Assembly (NCBI GenBank): GCA_002269645.1
Contig: NIVC01000479.1
Span: forward strand, 1 to 64,000
Direction: 5' to 3'
DNA from: Macrostomum lignano
Lineage: Eukaryota
DNA: 64,000 bases
Numbering within the stretch: the first letter of the stretch is position 1; every line of letters begins with the position of its first letter. Under the pieces are notes generated by a model, which had not been told where the DNA came from, did no database searches, and worked only from the letters and a program-made list of their open reading frames with translations. The translations under genes were made by a program, and so were the position numbers. Shown here one piece after another: positions 47,355 through 60,010 of the stretch.

Positions 47355-47491
47355 GCTCCGCCTCAAAGCCAGAAGAGGGCGACGATAGCAACAATGCTGA
47401 AGCAGCGGCCGCCGCCGCTGCCGCGGACAAAGACGACGACGATGTACCGGAGCTCACTGGCAACTTTGACGAAGCCTCCAAAACCGAATAG
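47355..47491 (+). CDS. BTF3: BTF3, terminal coding exon
   Basis: DDDDVPELTGNFDEASKTE* matches the NAC-beta acidic C-terminus; acceptor TTTCAAAG|; total 170 aa. Confidence 0.92.
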
Positions 47492-49916
47492 GTCGCTCAT
47501 TGATTGGTTGAAAGCATTAGTGCTAACTGACATTTATCTGGCAGTTAATAAAACACTATAGTTTGCTTATTTATTGTTTTCCTAATTATTTTTAGGTTAC
47601 TCCTAATTTCATAGTTAGGTTAATACCAAATATCATATTTATAGCTTATGTATTTATTATATTAGTTGAAAGCATCTTAACGCAGTTATACTTTATGTAA
47701 GAATGTTCCATCTGTCTTTAAACTTCTGTTAAATTTAGGCGAACATATTGGCTGGTACATGATGTTATGTGTGGTATTTAATTCTCTAATAATATGTAGG
47801 CTCCTCTGCCCCAAATTCCTGTGCTTTGTTTCACCCTGTTTTTACCCTCTTTCGCCGTGGTTTCATTCAATCGTACATTATTTTTTGTAGTCGAAGTTAT
47901 TTTCTTTCAACTTTCGGCTTTGTTCAAATTCTTTATGCAGTTCTTAATAGTTTAAATTTGTTCGTTCGGGTTATCCAAATTTTATCCCCTATATTTTTGT
48001 AAACAATTTGTCCGGTTTTATTTTGTATCGCAAATACCACAACGTCTATTTAATGTTTAAACTTATTAGCTTAGTTGAAAACTATTTTTTGGGCTTTTGT
48101 TTTTTGAACAAACCTTGTAGTTACCAAATATTAGAAGCTAAAACTGCCGACCAAACTTTTGCATCGTTAAACCTACAAATGTCCCTCCCTTGTGTCTGTT
48201 TTGCTATTTTGGATTTCTTAGTACACGAGTAGTTCTACGGAAGCCGAAGATTGCTAGAAATTTTTACAGTTTGGCTCACACCAATGTATAAATTGGTTTT
48301 TTGTCATGTTTAGCCGTAGAGCAACTGGTGATAATGTGAAACAAGCTTAAGTTACAGTTTTCTAAAAATTAGCTTTTATACGAGATGGTAATCCTCGTAT
48401 AATTACGAGGATGTCGGACGCAAAATTCAATTTAAATGACTACTACGTAATATAACACAGTTTTATACCTAGCTTTGCGTTTGCCGTGTTTTCCCTAAAA
48501 TATGTTGATGGAAATGCTCCCATAACATCTTTGTGCCTCCAATCAATATTAACGCGCAGTTTCTTCAACTTTAATGAATAAATAAGCATATTGATGATGT
48601 CTCGTTAAAATATTATTATAGACCGCTGCGTAAAATTGTCTGGGTTCCGATTTTATTATTCTTTTTAAGCAAGAATATTAGTTTTCTTCAATTCTATAGT
48701 ACTCTTCTCTTAAGAAGGTAAAAATAGAATTGTCAAACTCGCTACAAGCTGGGCTGCTAATGCAAGAGAAAATGTAATGAAAACCTAGAATCGTATTTCC
48801 TTCAAAAATCGCCTACATGTGCTTGTACGTACAAAATAAACTCCCGGGCTAGACAGTAGGCGTCTGTTTTGATCTAAATCAGTCTATAAAACTACTTTCT
48901 ACCAGCCGGAATTTTTGCAGTGTCTGATGTAAGTACGCATTGCTTTTTCGCAGCTATTTAAAAAAGTAAACGGCATTTTTCCATTGAAACAAAGTTATAG
49001 TCAGTAACATGCTATTTATTTTTTAAAGTTAGATAAGTTACTTTAAAATTACCTAAGAAACAGATTAAAATACGTCTCAAAAATAACGTGCAGAATTTTT
49101 AAATTTGTAAAAACCTACACGTTTTATATTTTTAAGTTGTCCCTTTTCATGAAATTAGGAAATCTCTATATTTGAACTGACTAGCAGACTAGCTGCTTCA
49201 ATCTGCATCTGGTATGTTTAGAATGCTACATGCCTGTATGTTAATATAGGCCTATTGAATTTTTATTTAACAAGAATTCTTTACAAAAATGGTTAAGACC
49301 TTCTTGTACTTCCTGCTTTTCAGGTCTAAGAAATTTAATACATACAGGCCTAGCCAGGCCAGCTAGCCCTGCCCTGCCTGCAAGGCTAAGCCTAACTTCC
49401 CCTAAGGCTGCAACCATAATTGTACTTTTAGTAGGTACTAGTATTGTTGTCGGTTGTTGAGTATCAAATTGTCAAAGTTAGGCTAACCTATCTGGCACAA
49501 CATGGAAAATATTAAGCCTATAGATGATTTATATTTCTAGCTTGGTATTGATAGATCTGAACACAGCAGCTGTCTACCTAGTGACTGTTTTAATTGCATG
49601 CATGACGGCTGAATTTTGTATGTATGTATCCAATTGTCATATACTGTTCAAATTATTGGGAAGTAGGCCCTAACTAATATTCAATTTAGGCCCATAACAA
49701 AAAATAGTAACGAATTGAGACTACATTGAAGGCCTATGTCAAATGTAGGATAAAACAAGTAAAAAATTATTGCCCATCTGCTGGCTGTTGTACATGCAAT
49801 TATAGGCCTAACACTAATATGGATAGTTGCTATGTATTATAAACTCTTTGTAAAAAGAATCCTATCAAATAGGTATTAGGGCCTAACTAAATTTGGCAAA
49901 AGCAAATCTGGCAATA

Positions 49917-51225
49917 CAGGGTGCGGCATAAAAATCCGACCCCCCATGAAAATGTTTCGTAAGTCGCTGATTACGCAACCAATTTGCGCAATATTTTATT
50001 CCTGGCGGCATAAAGGTGCGAAAGAGCTATTGCTGCCAGCCAAAGTTCACAACTCTTACCAACTCCAATGGAGAGACTTAAGCGCGAGCTTGTGTCGGAG
50101 CAGGTCCACGCGGGCCGCTCCACATCTGAAATCGTGGCTGCTCTGGGTGTGTCCAGGACCATGGTGAAGGACACCAGGCGCCGCCTCAGTGCCGGACTCA
50201 GTCTTGAGAGACAAGAGGGAAGTGGCCGACCGCGTTCGCAGAGAACTGAGGAGACAGTTGAGGCTGTCCAACAGTCAGTGTCTGAGAATCCGCGGCAATC
50301 CATGCGGAAGATGGCTGACGAGATGGCGATGTCCGAGCGCAGCATGAGAAGGCTCGTGCACGATGACCTTGGCATGGCCAGCTGCGCTGTTGAGGCTCGG
50401 CCACGACTGACAGCTGCGACTCAGCAGAGAAGGCTGGACAGGTGCAAGAAGCTGCTTGCCTTCCTGAAAGATGCTGACAATGCCGGCGTGGTGCGCATCT
50501 TCTCGGATGAGAAGCTGTTCACGGTGGATCCGCAGCTCAACCGCCGCAACAGCAGGTACTTGTCACCTCTGAAGAAGGAGCAGGTGGCGCCAGAAGTTCG
50601 CTTCAGCCCAGCCACCAAGCATCCCGCCAAGGTCATGGTGCTCGGGGTGCTGGCATCTGATGGAAAGAAGTGTCCCATCGTCTTCGTAGAGGAAGGCGAG
50701 AAAATCAATGCGGACACTTACATCAGGCTCTTGGACACTTCGGTCATCCCCTGGATCAAGCAGCAGTACCCTGATGGCCGTTATGTCTTCCAGCAGGACG
50801 GTGCTCCAGCGCATTCGGCGAAGCGCACTCAAGATCACCTGGCAGAGGCGCTCAGCTGCATGTGGCCGAAGGACATGTGGCCACCTTCCTCGCCAGATCT
50901 CAACCCGCTGGACTTTGGGATCTGGGCGCGTATGCAGGAGGAGGAGTGCAGGCTGTCAGCCACCCAAGTGTCGCCGCGCTGAAGCGCTCCATTCAGCTCA
51001 GCTGGGACGCTTTGGACGAGGATTTTGTTCGACGGACTTGTCGCGCTTTCCGACGTCGTGTTGAGGCTGTGGTTGAAGCTGGGGGAGGCTACATCGAGGA
51101 TTAATAAATATGCAGTTATAGCTTTGTAATAAACCCGTTTTCATCATTCTGAGTGCAATTAACTGATAATGAATCGCGTTTATTTATTTATTTTCGGGGG
51201 GGTCGGATTTTTACGCCGCACCCTG
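49917..51225 (+). mobile_element. Full-length Tc1/mariner element of the DD37D (maT) family, 1309 bp
   Basis: TA TSD on both sides; 29-bp TIR CAGGGTGCGGC(A/G)TAAAAATCCGACCCCCC with 1 mismatch. Confidence 0.95.
50068..51104 (+). CDS. DD37D transposase, about 345 aa, with one 1-nt frameshift near 50955
   Basis: FSDEK / FQQDGAPAH / WPPSSPDLNPLDFGIW with 37 residues between D2 and D3 (counted); C-terminus AHPSVAALK..EAGGGYIED continues in another frame. Confidence 0.9.
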
Positions 51226-51570
51226 TAGAATAATTTGGCAACAGACAGGTTAAGTAATATGTTATATTATTAACCAAAGATATAGGGATTTTGTTTGACA
51301 GATGGCTATATCTGAAGCCTTGGTTGCAATCAATAAATTAGACAAAGACTTTTTGCTAAATTTCCCAAGATTGTAGCCAAGTTTTCTTTGCCAATTTTTT
51401 ATGTTAAATTTCTGTTGCCTAAATTGTCTATCACTAAATTTGTATGCATCCCTTATCAATATATCATAATAATCTTGTTCATGCTTGGGCACAACCTAGT
51501 CCTAGGGATTCACCCGGCCATTTCTATTGGCAATACACCAAGGTTAGGCCAGGATGGAATTCTTGCTTGA

Positions 51571-52245
51571 GGGCCATATTGCGAAAGGTGTAGTATACGC
51601 CGGAAAATTCTGGCATACAAATGCTTTAGCTGGCGTACACCTGGCGAAGAAATGCTTTAAGTGGCTTACATCTGGCGTACAAATGCTTTAAGTGGCTTAC
51701 ATCTGGCGTACAAATGCTTTAAGTGGCTTACATCTGGCGTACAAATTCTTTGGCTGGCGTACATCTATCGTAACTGGAGGAAATACAACCTCTAAGCACA
51801 ATCATCTGCTTACAATTCTTAACTATACTTGTTCAAGCTTTCAGCGCAGCATACAAAAGCATTGATGTACGACACCATTACATAAATTACATTAAATAGT
51901 CAATAAAGTTACTTTGCTAAGTTATGATAATAAATTGAATATTCAAACAATATATTAAAGTTATTTTTAAAAAATGTACCTTAACTAGTAGTAAATGTAA
52001 AAACTTTGTTTTACTAATTATTTTTGTTTTTTAAACGATGTACATTTTCAATTTTACTTTTTTATGGTAATTTTTTAATGCGCACCTTGGCATGCTTTTT
52101 TTATAGTTTTTGTGCTTGTTAATCATGCATTTTTATTGGCGTACAAATTACTAGAACCCTTAATTTGCGTATTTTATTGGCGTACACTTTACTATATAGC
52201 TAGATACTTTCCAGCGTACATATAACACGATCCGTAATATGGCTC
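51571..52245. mobile_element. TIR-bounded non-autonomous element with an internal 31-bp repeat x3
   Basis: GGGCCATATTGCG vs rc GAGCCATATTACG; AAATGCTTTAAGTGGCTTACATCTGGCGTAC repeats at about 51650-51750; no TSD. Confidence 0.5.
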
Positions 52246-55200
52246 GAGGGTAGGAAAACATGCGCGCACACTTTGGAGCAGTACGTAAGCGTGCATGCCA
52301 GCTATAAAAATAAGTCATAATGCAAAGCATGGCCCATGCGCAAAAAAATTTCCTTTTTCTAGTTTTTGAATTCTATGCCAACATAAATTAAAAAATTGTA
52401 CTTCAAGTGTAAAGTAGCTTGAACACTATATTTTTTTAAAGAAAATATTCTTTAAAAAGTATAAGAGTTTTATTAAACTTTAAAGTAAGTTCTGTTTTTG
52501 CTAAAAACTATTATTCCTTATTTTACTTTTATTTTGAAATTTTCTGGTGTAAAAACAACCTTCCAGACTATGAAAAGTAGGAAAACTTGAGCGCATATAT
52601 GCCACATGGCAGATAACCATGTTGAATGCATGTAAAAGTCAAATCCTGTCTGATTCTAAGGCAAACAGCTTCTTGCGCAAGTGCATTCGATGGAGCACGC
52701 ACACTTGTCAAGATCGCGGAAGTAGGCTCCTTTTCAGCATGCAAGCGTGCACAAATTTGACAAGCATGCACAAACGCGTAAGAGCTTTTGTGTAAGAATT
52801 CTATCCTGGGGGTCAGGATTGTGTACCACTGTACACTGGAACAAAAACTGCTTCCATAGCTCATGCACACCAATGGTACACCAACAAACCTTTTATCACA
52901 TACAAAAATATACCAAAATGAAAATACAAATTATGACAAATATTAATAGCTTGCAAAATTTTGATATTTAAAAAATCAATATATTTAAACAGGTAATTTT
53001 TTTACTAAACTGTATAGAAGTAGTTCATTTTTACTATTTTTGTTTGACTTCTAACTTCTTAGAAAAGTTGAATCTGGGTTTTTAAATTTAATTTGAATCT
53101 GTTTTTTTGTAAAAGGCTGGCTATTCTTTCTGGTCAAAATTTAGCTATTGTAACTATATGTATATGGAGACTATACCAAATGTAAACGTAATCATTTTTG
53201 TATACTAATTGTATAGATTGATAGGGACTTAGAACTTTTGGTTCCACCTGCTATCTCGACAATTTCTATATGCCATTGCCAAGCTGTAGGCCTACGCCAA
53301 GAAGGCATGCCAGGCCCCTCTGCATACCAAGTTGTGCGCAAATGGTATACTATAGGTCCTTTTGTATGCCGGAATTTTTTGGCATACATGTATACCATCT
53401 GGAGTCTAAGTAACACACACACATGTAAGTCGCTATTGGACAAAATAAGTCACGTGACTGCTCTCAGCCAATAGTGACGTACATGTATGTGTTGCTAATA
53501 GAAATGGCTGAGTGATTCCCAAGGTTGTACATGTATGATCTTGTTAGAGATTACTGTTTATTTTAGTAGGTTCTCTTTAGATTATAAAACCTTATATTGT
53601 CATCAGGTATACCCAAGAAAGTGGCAGGTGCTAAGCTAGACAAAATGAAAGTTTTGGCACTGCCTAACATATCAGTGTATATATGCATCAAAAACTAATA
53701 TTTTTAATTAAATTTTTAATTTTAATTTTAATTTTAATTTTTAATTTTTAATGAGTATATTATAGAAAATTCTAGTGTGTATTATCCCTAGCCCTTCATA
53801 GCTCATTGGTATGCATATTTGGTATGCTTGAATCTTAAAAAGTTATATTTGGCAAACAAAAGTAGTATAAAAAGCAATTTGAAAATAGGTATAAGTATCC
53901 TTCAGTTTCCATAACAAAAGATAAAACACTTTAAAGAAAAAGGGGTCTAATTAGTTGAAAGATAACAAGAATGTAAACAAAAAATAAAAATATCAATTGA
54001 ATGATGAATAGGCCTTATGATAATTTTTTTAAAGAATTTAGGTATCAAAAGAATTAAAAGTTTTTTTAAGAGTGATATATATGAAACTTATTTTGTTATA
54101 ATGTACATATAAATCTTAAATGTAATAACAAAAAAAAAACAAAATATTTAAAGTGAAGGTTCCTTAAGACCTAAGCTTTAGACTAGGGCTTTCAATTTTT
54201 ACCTAAACCTTTTTGTCTTTTTTTAACCTTAGTAAATCATTTTATACAAAAATTAAGTTTATTTTAATAATGGTAATCACTATTTGTAAAAAAACCTCCT
54301 TAGTTCAATTGGCCATGGCCTTGCAGTTTCTAATAAATAGGCAATGCAGTGTTGAGGTTTTATATATGCAATTATCTAGTTAAAGCAACATTTATCTATA
54401 TCAAAATTAGTTTTGCTTTTTCTTTAAAGCTCATTATTTAATTATTATCATTTTACCATTTTTATTTTTATAATAATTTTGCACACTAAAGTATAAACCC
54501 CTATGTAGGCCCCTTCTGATTTATATCAGAATATACAACAAGGACAAAGGTATATACCCATACATTTATGCATATTAGATTATATGCCTGGCAAAGTGAG
54601 CCTACTAGGCAAAGCATATAAGAAAATTCTTGCCTATAAGCTATATACCTTATTATATACTATTTATTTTGTAAATAGAGTGCATATACCTACTAAATTT
54701 TGAAATTGTTTTCTACAATTAAAAAAGAGATTTGCATTCAATCTGAAAAAAAAGACAAGAGTTCAAGGAATTCTTTGGACACAAAAGGCTTTTTAGACAT
54801 CTATATTCCTAGTTTCTTAAAGTAAGATAAATTGCACTATGAGCCTTAAAATTGCACCTTGAAATTGGGTATAAAGTATAATATTGTACCTTGCCTCTGG
54901 CAAAAAAACCCAGATAGTATGATATTCTACTAGGATCCTATTTATATCATGGGTCAAATTGTATAAGAAAAAATGCTAAAATATTCCAAATAAAACTAGC
55001 CATCTTTGTCTTTGTCTAACTAATTTTTTGGTTAACCAATGTGGAAATAGATATTGATAGTATATCTAGATTGTTAGGTTGCCCCTAAGAATTTATTCTA
55101 GCATATGTATATTTTAGTAAAATTAATGAGATATTTATAAGTTCATTTTTTCTTTTAGTGTATACCATAATATAATTGATATAAAGTGCAAGATCAAAAT

Positions 55201-56547
55201 TTAGACTTCAAAAACCTTAGGTTCTAAATCTTAAATTTTAACTCATTTTAACATTTTAGCTTATTTTTAGCATAATTTTACTTAAAACCAACTACCATGG
55301 TATAGGAAATAGGGTTTTAATGTCAGATATACTCTCAAAATGCTATTTTTGGTTAAAATTATTAGATTTTAGAAGGTCCTAAAAAGTCATACCATATGCA
55401 TAGGAAACCATAACTCCTATATATGCAGATAGAAACCTACCCCAAGATATTTTAACATGCTAATTATATCCATAAGCACCTATTGTCAAGAAGGTGGCCT
55501 TTGTAATTGAAGATTTAAGTATATTTAAGTGATATTTAATATTCTTGGCATATAAATATAGTGCTTATTAAGTTTCTTGGTATATGTAGTGCATTATTAC
55601 TATAACTATTTTCAATGAAGTTATAAGCTATTGTAAAACATATTTGTTTCTTAATGTAACTTACAATTTCAAATGTTTAATTTCTATGTTTTTTTATAGT
55701 TGTTATAAGCTAGACACTAAAATAATATACAGTTAACACAAAAATGTAGTTGTTTTTCAATTTCTTTCTTCTGAATGCTATATCACTTTGCTAATTATAG
55801 ATATCTAGAACTTTAAGTACTATTATGTCATATATCTAATTCCCATCTCCCCTTTCTTAGTCCATCTAATAGATCTCTTCTCTTAGTCTACATGTATTAG
55901 TGTATATAATGTGTATTAAGTATTATGTCTTGACTTTTTATATAACAGATGCAAGGCAAAAAAACTTTTTGGGTATATGGCATATACCTAGTTTTTATTT
56001 TAAAATGCATGCAATTTTACCATGAACTTTCTTATCGAATGTTAGCAAAAACAAAACTACTATAAGTACTATTAGGCTTCTCCATTTTAAGTATAGTATT
56101 TGTATAGTATTTTGGAAGAAATGGTAAACCAAATTGGTGTCTAGGTAGGATAGCTCCTAGGATCCAAATCCTGATCAAAGAATCTGAATCTTGGCAATAA
56201 TTGGGATCTCAATATTGCCTTGATCCCAAAAAAGTTAATCTTATCCAACCTCTATGTATACATGTATTCCTATACATTAGGTAGGAATATTTCATGATAT
56301 GAGATAACACATGCACTTACTATGGCTCATTCCATATAAGCATGGTCGTAACATGACAGGTTATTTTTACTTATAAAATGAAATCTAATAATAGAATATA
56401 CTAAACCAATATTTTAAATGAAAGATTATTTTGTCTAGAATATATTTATAGAGTTTCATATAGATATCATCATTAGTATAGATGCTATTAAACCTTAAAT
56501 GACACTTATGGTTGTAACGACAGGATTTTTGACATATAGAAACTAAA

Positions 56548-59500
56548 CTAGCAATCTTCGCCCCCCGATGGGGGACATCTAGATAGAATCTCTGTTCTCT
56601 ACAAGTATCAATAAGATGGCCAAACAAAGCCTTCACATAGTCAATAGAAAAACTGCTCAGATGAAGTGCAATGCGAAAAGAAAACATCCTAAGACAGCAA
56701 GCATACCCCCAGATAGCAGGCACCCCCCAGATAGCAAGCACCCCCCAGATAGCAAGCATCCCCCCAGATAGCAAGCACCCCCCAGATAGCAAGCACCCCC
56801 AGATAGCAGGCACCCCCCAGATAGCAAGCACCCCAGATAGCAAGCACCCCCAGATAGCAAGCACCCCCAGATAGCAAGCGACCCCAGATAGCAAGCACCC
56901 CCAGATAGCAAGCACCCCCCAGATAGCAAGCATCCCCCCAGATAGCAAGCACCCCCCAGATAGCAGGCACCCCCCAGATAGCAAGCATCCCCCAGATAGC
57001 AAGCACCCCAGATAGCAAGCACCCCCAGATAGCAAGCACCCCCAGATAGCAAGCGACCCCAGATAGCAAGCACCCCCAGATAGCAAGCACCCCAGATAGC
57101 AAGCACCCCCAGATAGCAAGCGACCCCAGATAGCAGGCACCCCCAGATAGCAGGCACCCCCAGATAGCAAGCACCCCAGATAGCAAGCACCCCCAGATAG
57201 CAAGCACCCCAGATAGCAAGCACCACCAGATAGCTAGCACCCCCAGATAGCAGGCACCCCCAGATAGCAAGCACCTCCAGATAGCAAGCACCACCAGATA
57301 GCAAGCACCCCCAGATAGCAGGCTCTCCCAGATAGCAAGCACCCCCAGATAGCAGGCGACATGGTGGCTTTTTACTGTTTGACATGGTGGCTCTTTAATG
57401 TTAGACATGGTGGCTCTTTAATGTTTGACATGGTGGTTCTTTAATGTTAGACATGGTGGCTCTTCTATGTTTAACAATGTGGCTCTTTAATGTTTTACAT
57501 GGTGGCTCTTTAATGTTCGACATGGTGGTTCTTTAATGTTCGACATGGTGGCTCTTTAATGTCAGACATGGTGGCTCTTCTATGTTTGACATGGTGGCTC
57601 TTCTATTTTTGACATGGTGGCTCTTTAATGTTCGACATGGTGGTCCTTTAATTTTTGACATAGTGGCTCTTTACTGTTAGACATGGTGGCTCTTTAATGT
57701 TCGATATGGTGGCACTTTAATGTTTGACATCATGCCAGATTTATGTTTGACATGGTGGCTCTTTAATGTTCGACATGGTGGCTCTTTTAGGTTTGACATG
57801 TTGGCTCTTTAATGTTCGATATGGTGGCACTTTAATGTTTGACATCATGCCAGATTTATGTTTGACATGGTGGCTCTTTAATGTTCGACTTGGTGGCTCT
57901 TTTAGGTTTGACATGGTGGCTCTTTAATGTTCGACATGGTGGTTCTTTAATGTTCTACATGGTGGCCCTTTAATGTTCGACATGGTGGCTCTTTACTGTT
58001 AGACATGGTGGCTCTTTAATGTTCGATATGGTGGCACTTTAATGTTTGACATCATGCCAGATTTATGTTTGACATGGTGGCTCTTTAATGTTCGACATGG
58101 TGGCTCTTTTAGGTTTGACATGGTGGCTCTTTAATGTTCGACATGGTGGTTCTTTAATGTTCGACATGGTGGCTCTTTTATGTTCTACATGGTGGCCCTT
58201 TAATGTTCGACATGGTGGCTCTTTAATGTTCGATATGGTGGCACTTTAATGTTTGACATGATGGCACTTTTATGTTTTGACATGGCGGCTCTTTAATGTT
58301 TTACATGGTGGCTCTTTAATGTTTGACATAAAGTCACATATATGTTTGACATGGTGGCTCTTAAATGTTTGACATAGTGGCTCTTTAATGTTCGACATGG
58401 TGGCTCTTAAATGTTTGACATAATGGCTCTTTAATATTCTACATGGTGGCTCTTTTATGTTCCACATGGTGGCTCTTTAATGTTCTTAATGGTATAGCTC
58501 TTTTATGTTAGACATGGTGGCTCTTTAATGTTCGACATAGTGGCTTTTTAAGGTTTGAAATGGTAACTCTTTAATGTTTGACATAAAGTCACATATATGT
58601 TTGACATGGTGGCTCCTAAATGTTTGACATGGTGGTTCTTTATGTTTGACATGGTGGCTCTTTTATGTTCGACATGGTGGCTCTTTTATGTTTGACATGG
58701 TGGCTCTTTAATGTTCGACAAAGTGGCTCTTTAAAGTTTGACATGGTGGCTCTTAAATGTTTGACATGGTGGCTCTTTAATGTTCGACATGGTGGCTCTT
58801 TAATGTTCGAAATGGTGGCTCTTAAATGTTCGACATGGTGGCTCTTTAATGTTTGACATGGTGGCTTCTAATTGTTTGACATGGTGGCTCTTAAATGTTC
58901 AAAATGGTGGCTCTTTAATGTTCAAAATGGTGGCTCTTTAATGTTCGAAATGGTGGCTCTTTTATGTTTGACATGGTGGCTCTTTTATGTTCGACATGGT
59001 GGCTCTTTTATGTTTGACATGGTGGCTCTTTTATGTTTGACATGGTGGCTCTTTTAAGTTTGACAGGGTGGCTCTTAAATGTTTGACATGGTGGCTCTTT
59101 TATGTTTGACATGGCGGCTCTTTTATGTTTGACATGGTGGCTCTTTTATGTTCGACATGGTGGCTCTTTTATGTTTGACATGGTGGCTCTTTTATGTTTG
59201 ACAGGGTGGCTCTTAAATGTTTGACATGGTGGCTCTTAAATCTTTGACATGGAACCTTCTAAATGTTTGACATGGTGGCTCTTTAATGTTCTTCATGGTG
59301 GCTCTTCAATATTCTACATGGTGGCTCTTTAATGTTCGACATGGTGGCTCTTCTATGTTTGATATGGTAACTCTTTTATGTTCGATATGTTGGCTCTTCT
59401 ATGTTTGACATTGCGCTTCTTTGATGTTTAGCAGTTTTGTTGTGTTTTTAAGGTGTTTTGATAAAAAAATCTTTTTGCACTACTAAGATTCGAACCCAGG

Positions 59501-60010
59501 TCGCTACATTAGCATTCCAGTCTGTTCGCATCAGGGCTATCTCTTTTCAATTGGAGAACATGAATTGTGGCCCTTATAATTCAATTCTTACAGCAAGTCA
59601 ATTGGAGTAAAAAGTTATGACAAAATCAATTTCTCAGTCAGCCAGTATCAGTCTCAATTCAAGTTAGCAATATGGTTACGCAATTTAAATCAAGTCGTGT
59701 GTGCATTTCTTCGGCACTGTTTTCAACTTGTTGTGATGCAATCTTTATCACAATCGGAATTCAGTCAGTCAGTTTTTTCTCTAGCATTCTTACAATGCAT
59801 TTCAGGTCGAAAGAGCTGCTTGACCTTTGCAAAAAAGCATGTTTTTCGAATATTTAATCCCTTTAACATTGAGCAATTTCTTAGCCAAGATGCATGTACC
59901 GTCCCAGGAAAATTTCTTATCGAATGGTGCAAGTTTGAAGAAAATCGGTTGAGCCAATTTTTCTGAAATCTATCGCATAGCTACAGACATTTCATTTTTA
60001 GTATATGGGA
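56548..60010 (-). mobile_element. Non-autonomous Helitron, copy 2 (3.46 kb)
   Basis: Same hairpin+CTAG|T 3' end at 56548; 5' TCCCATATAC at 60010; 18-bp array 56690-57358, 23-bp array 57357-59420. Confidence 0.88.

Noticed and set aside
48245-48257. CGAAGATTGCTAG matching the Helitron 3' end
   Set aside because: Followed by A rather than T and lacks a convincing GC hairpin; at best an old remnant
53600-56540. AT-rich region with faint similarity to 2400-2650
   Set aside because: Matches are short and could be low-complexity chance; no termini or ORFs supported
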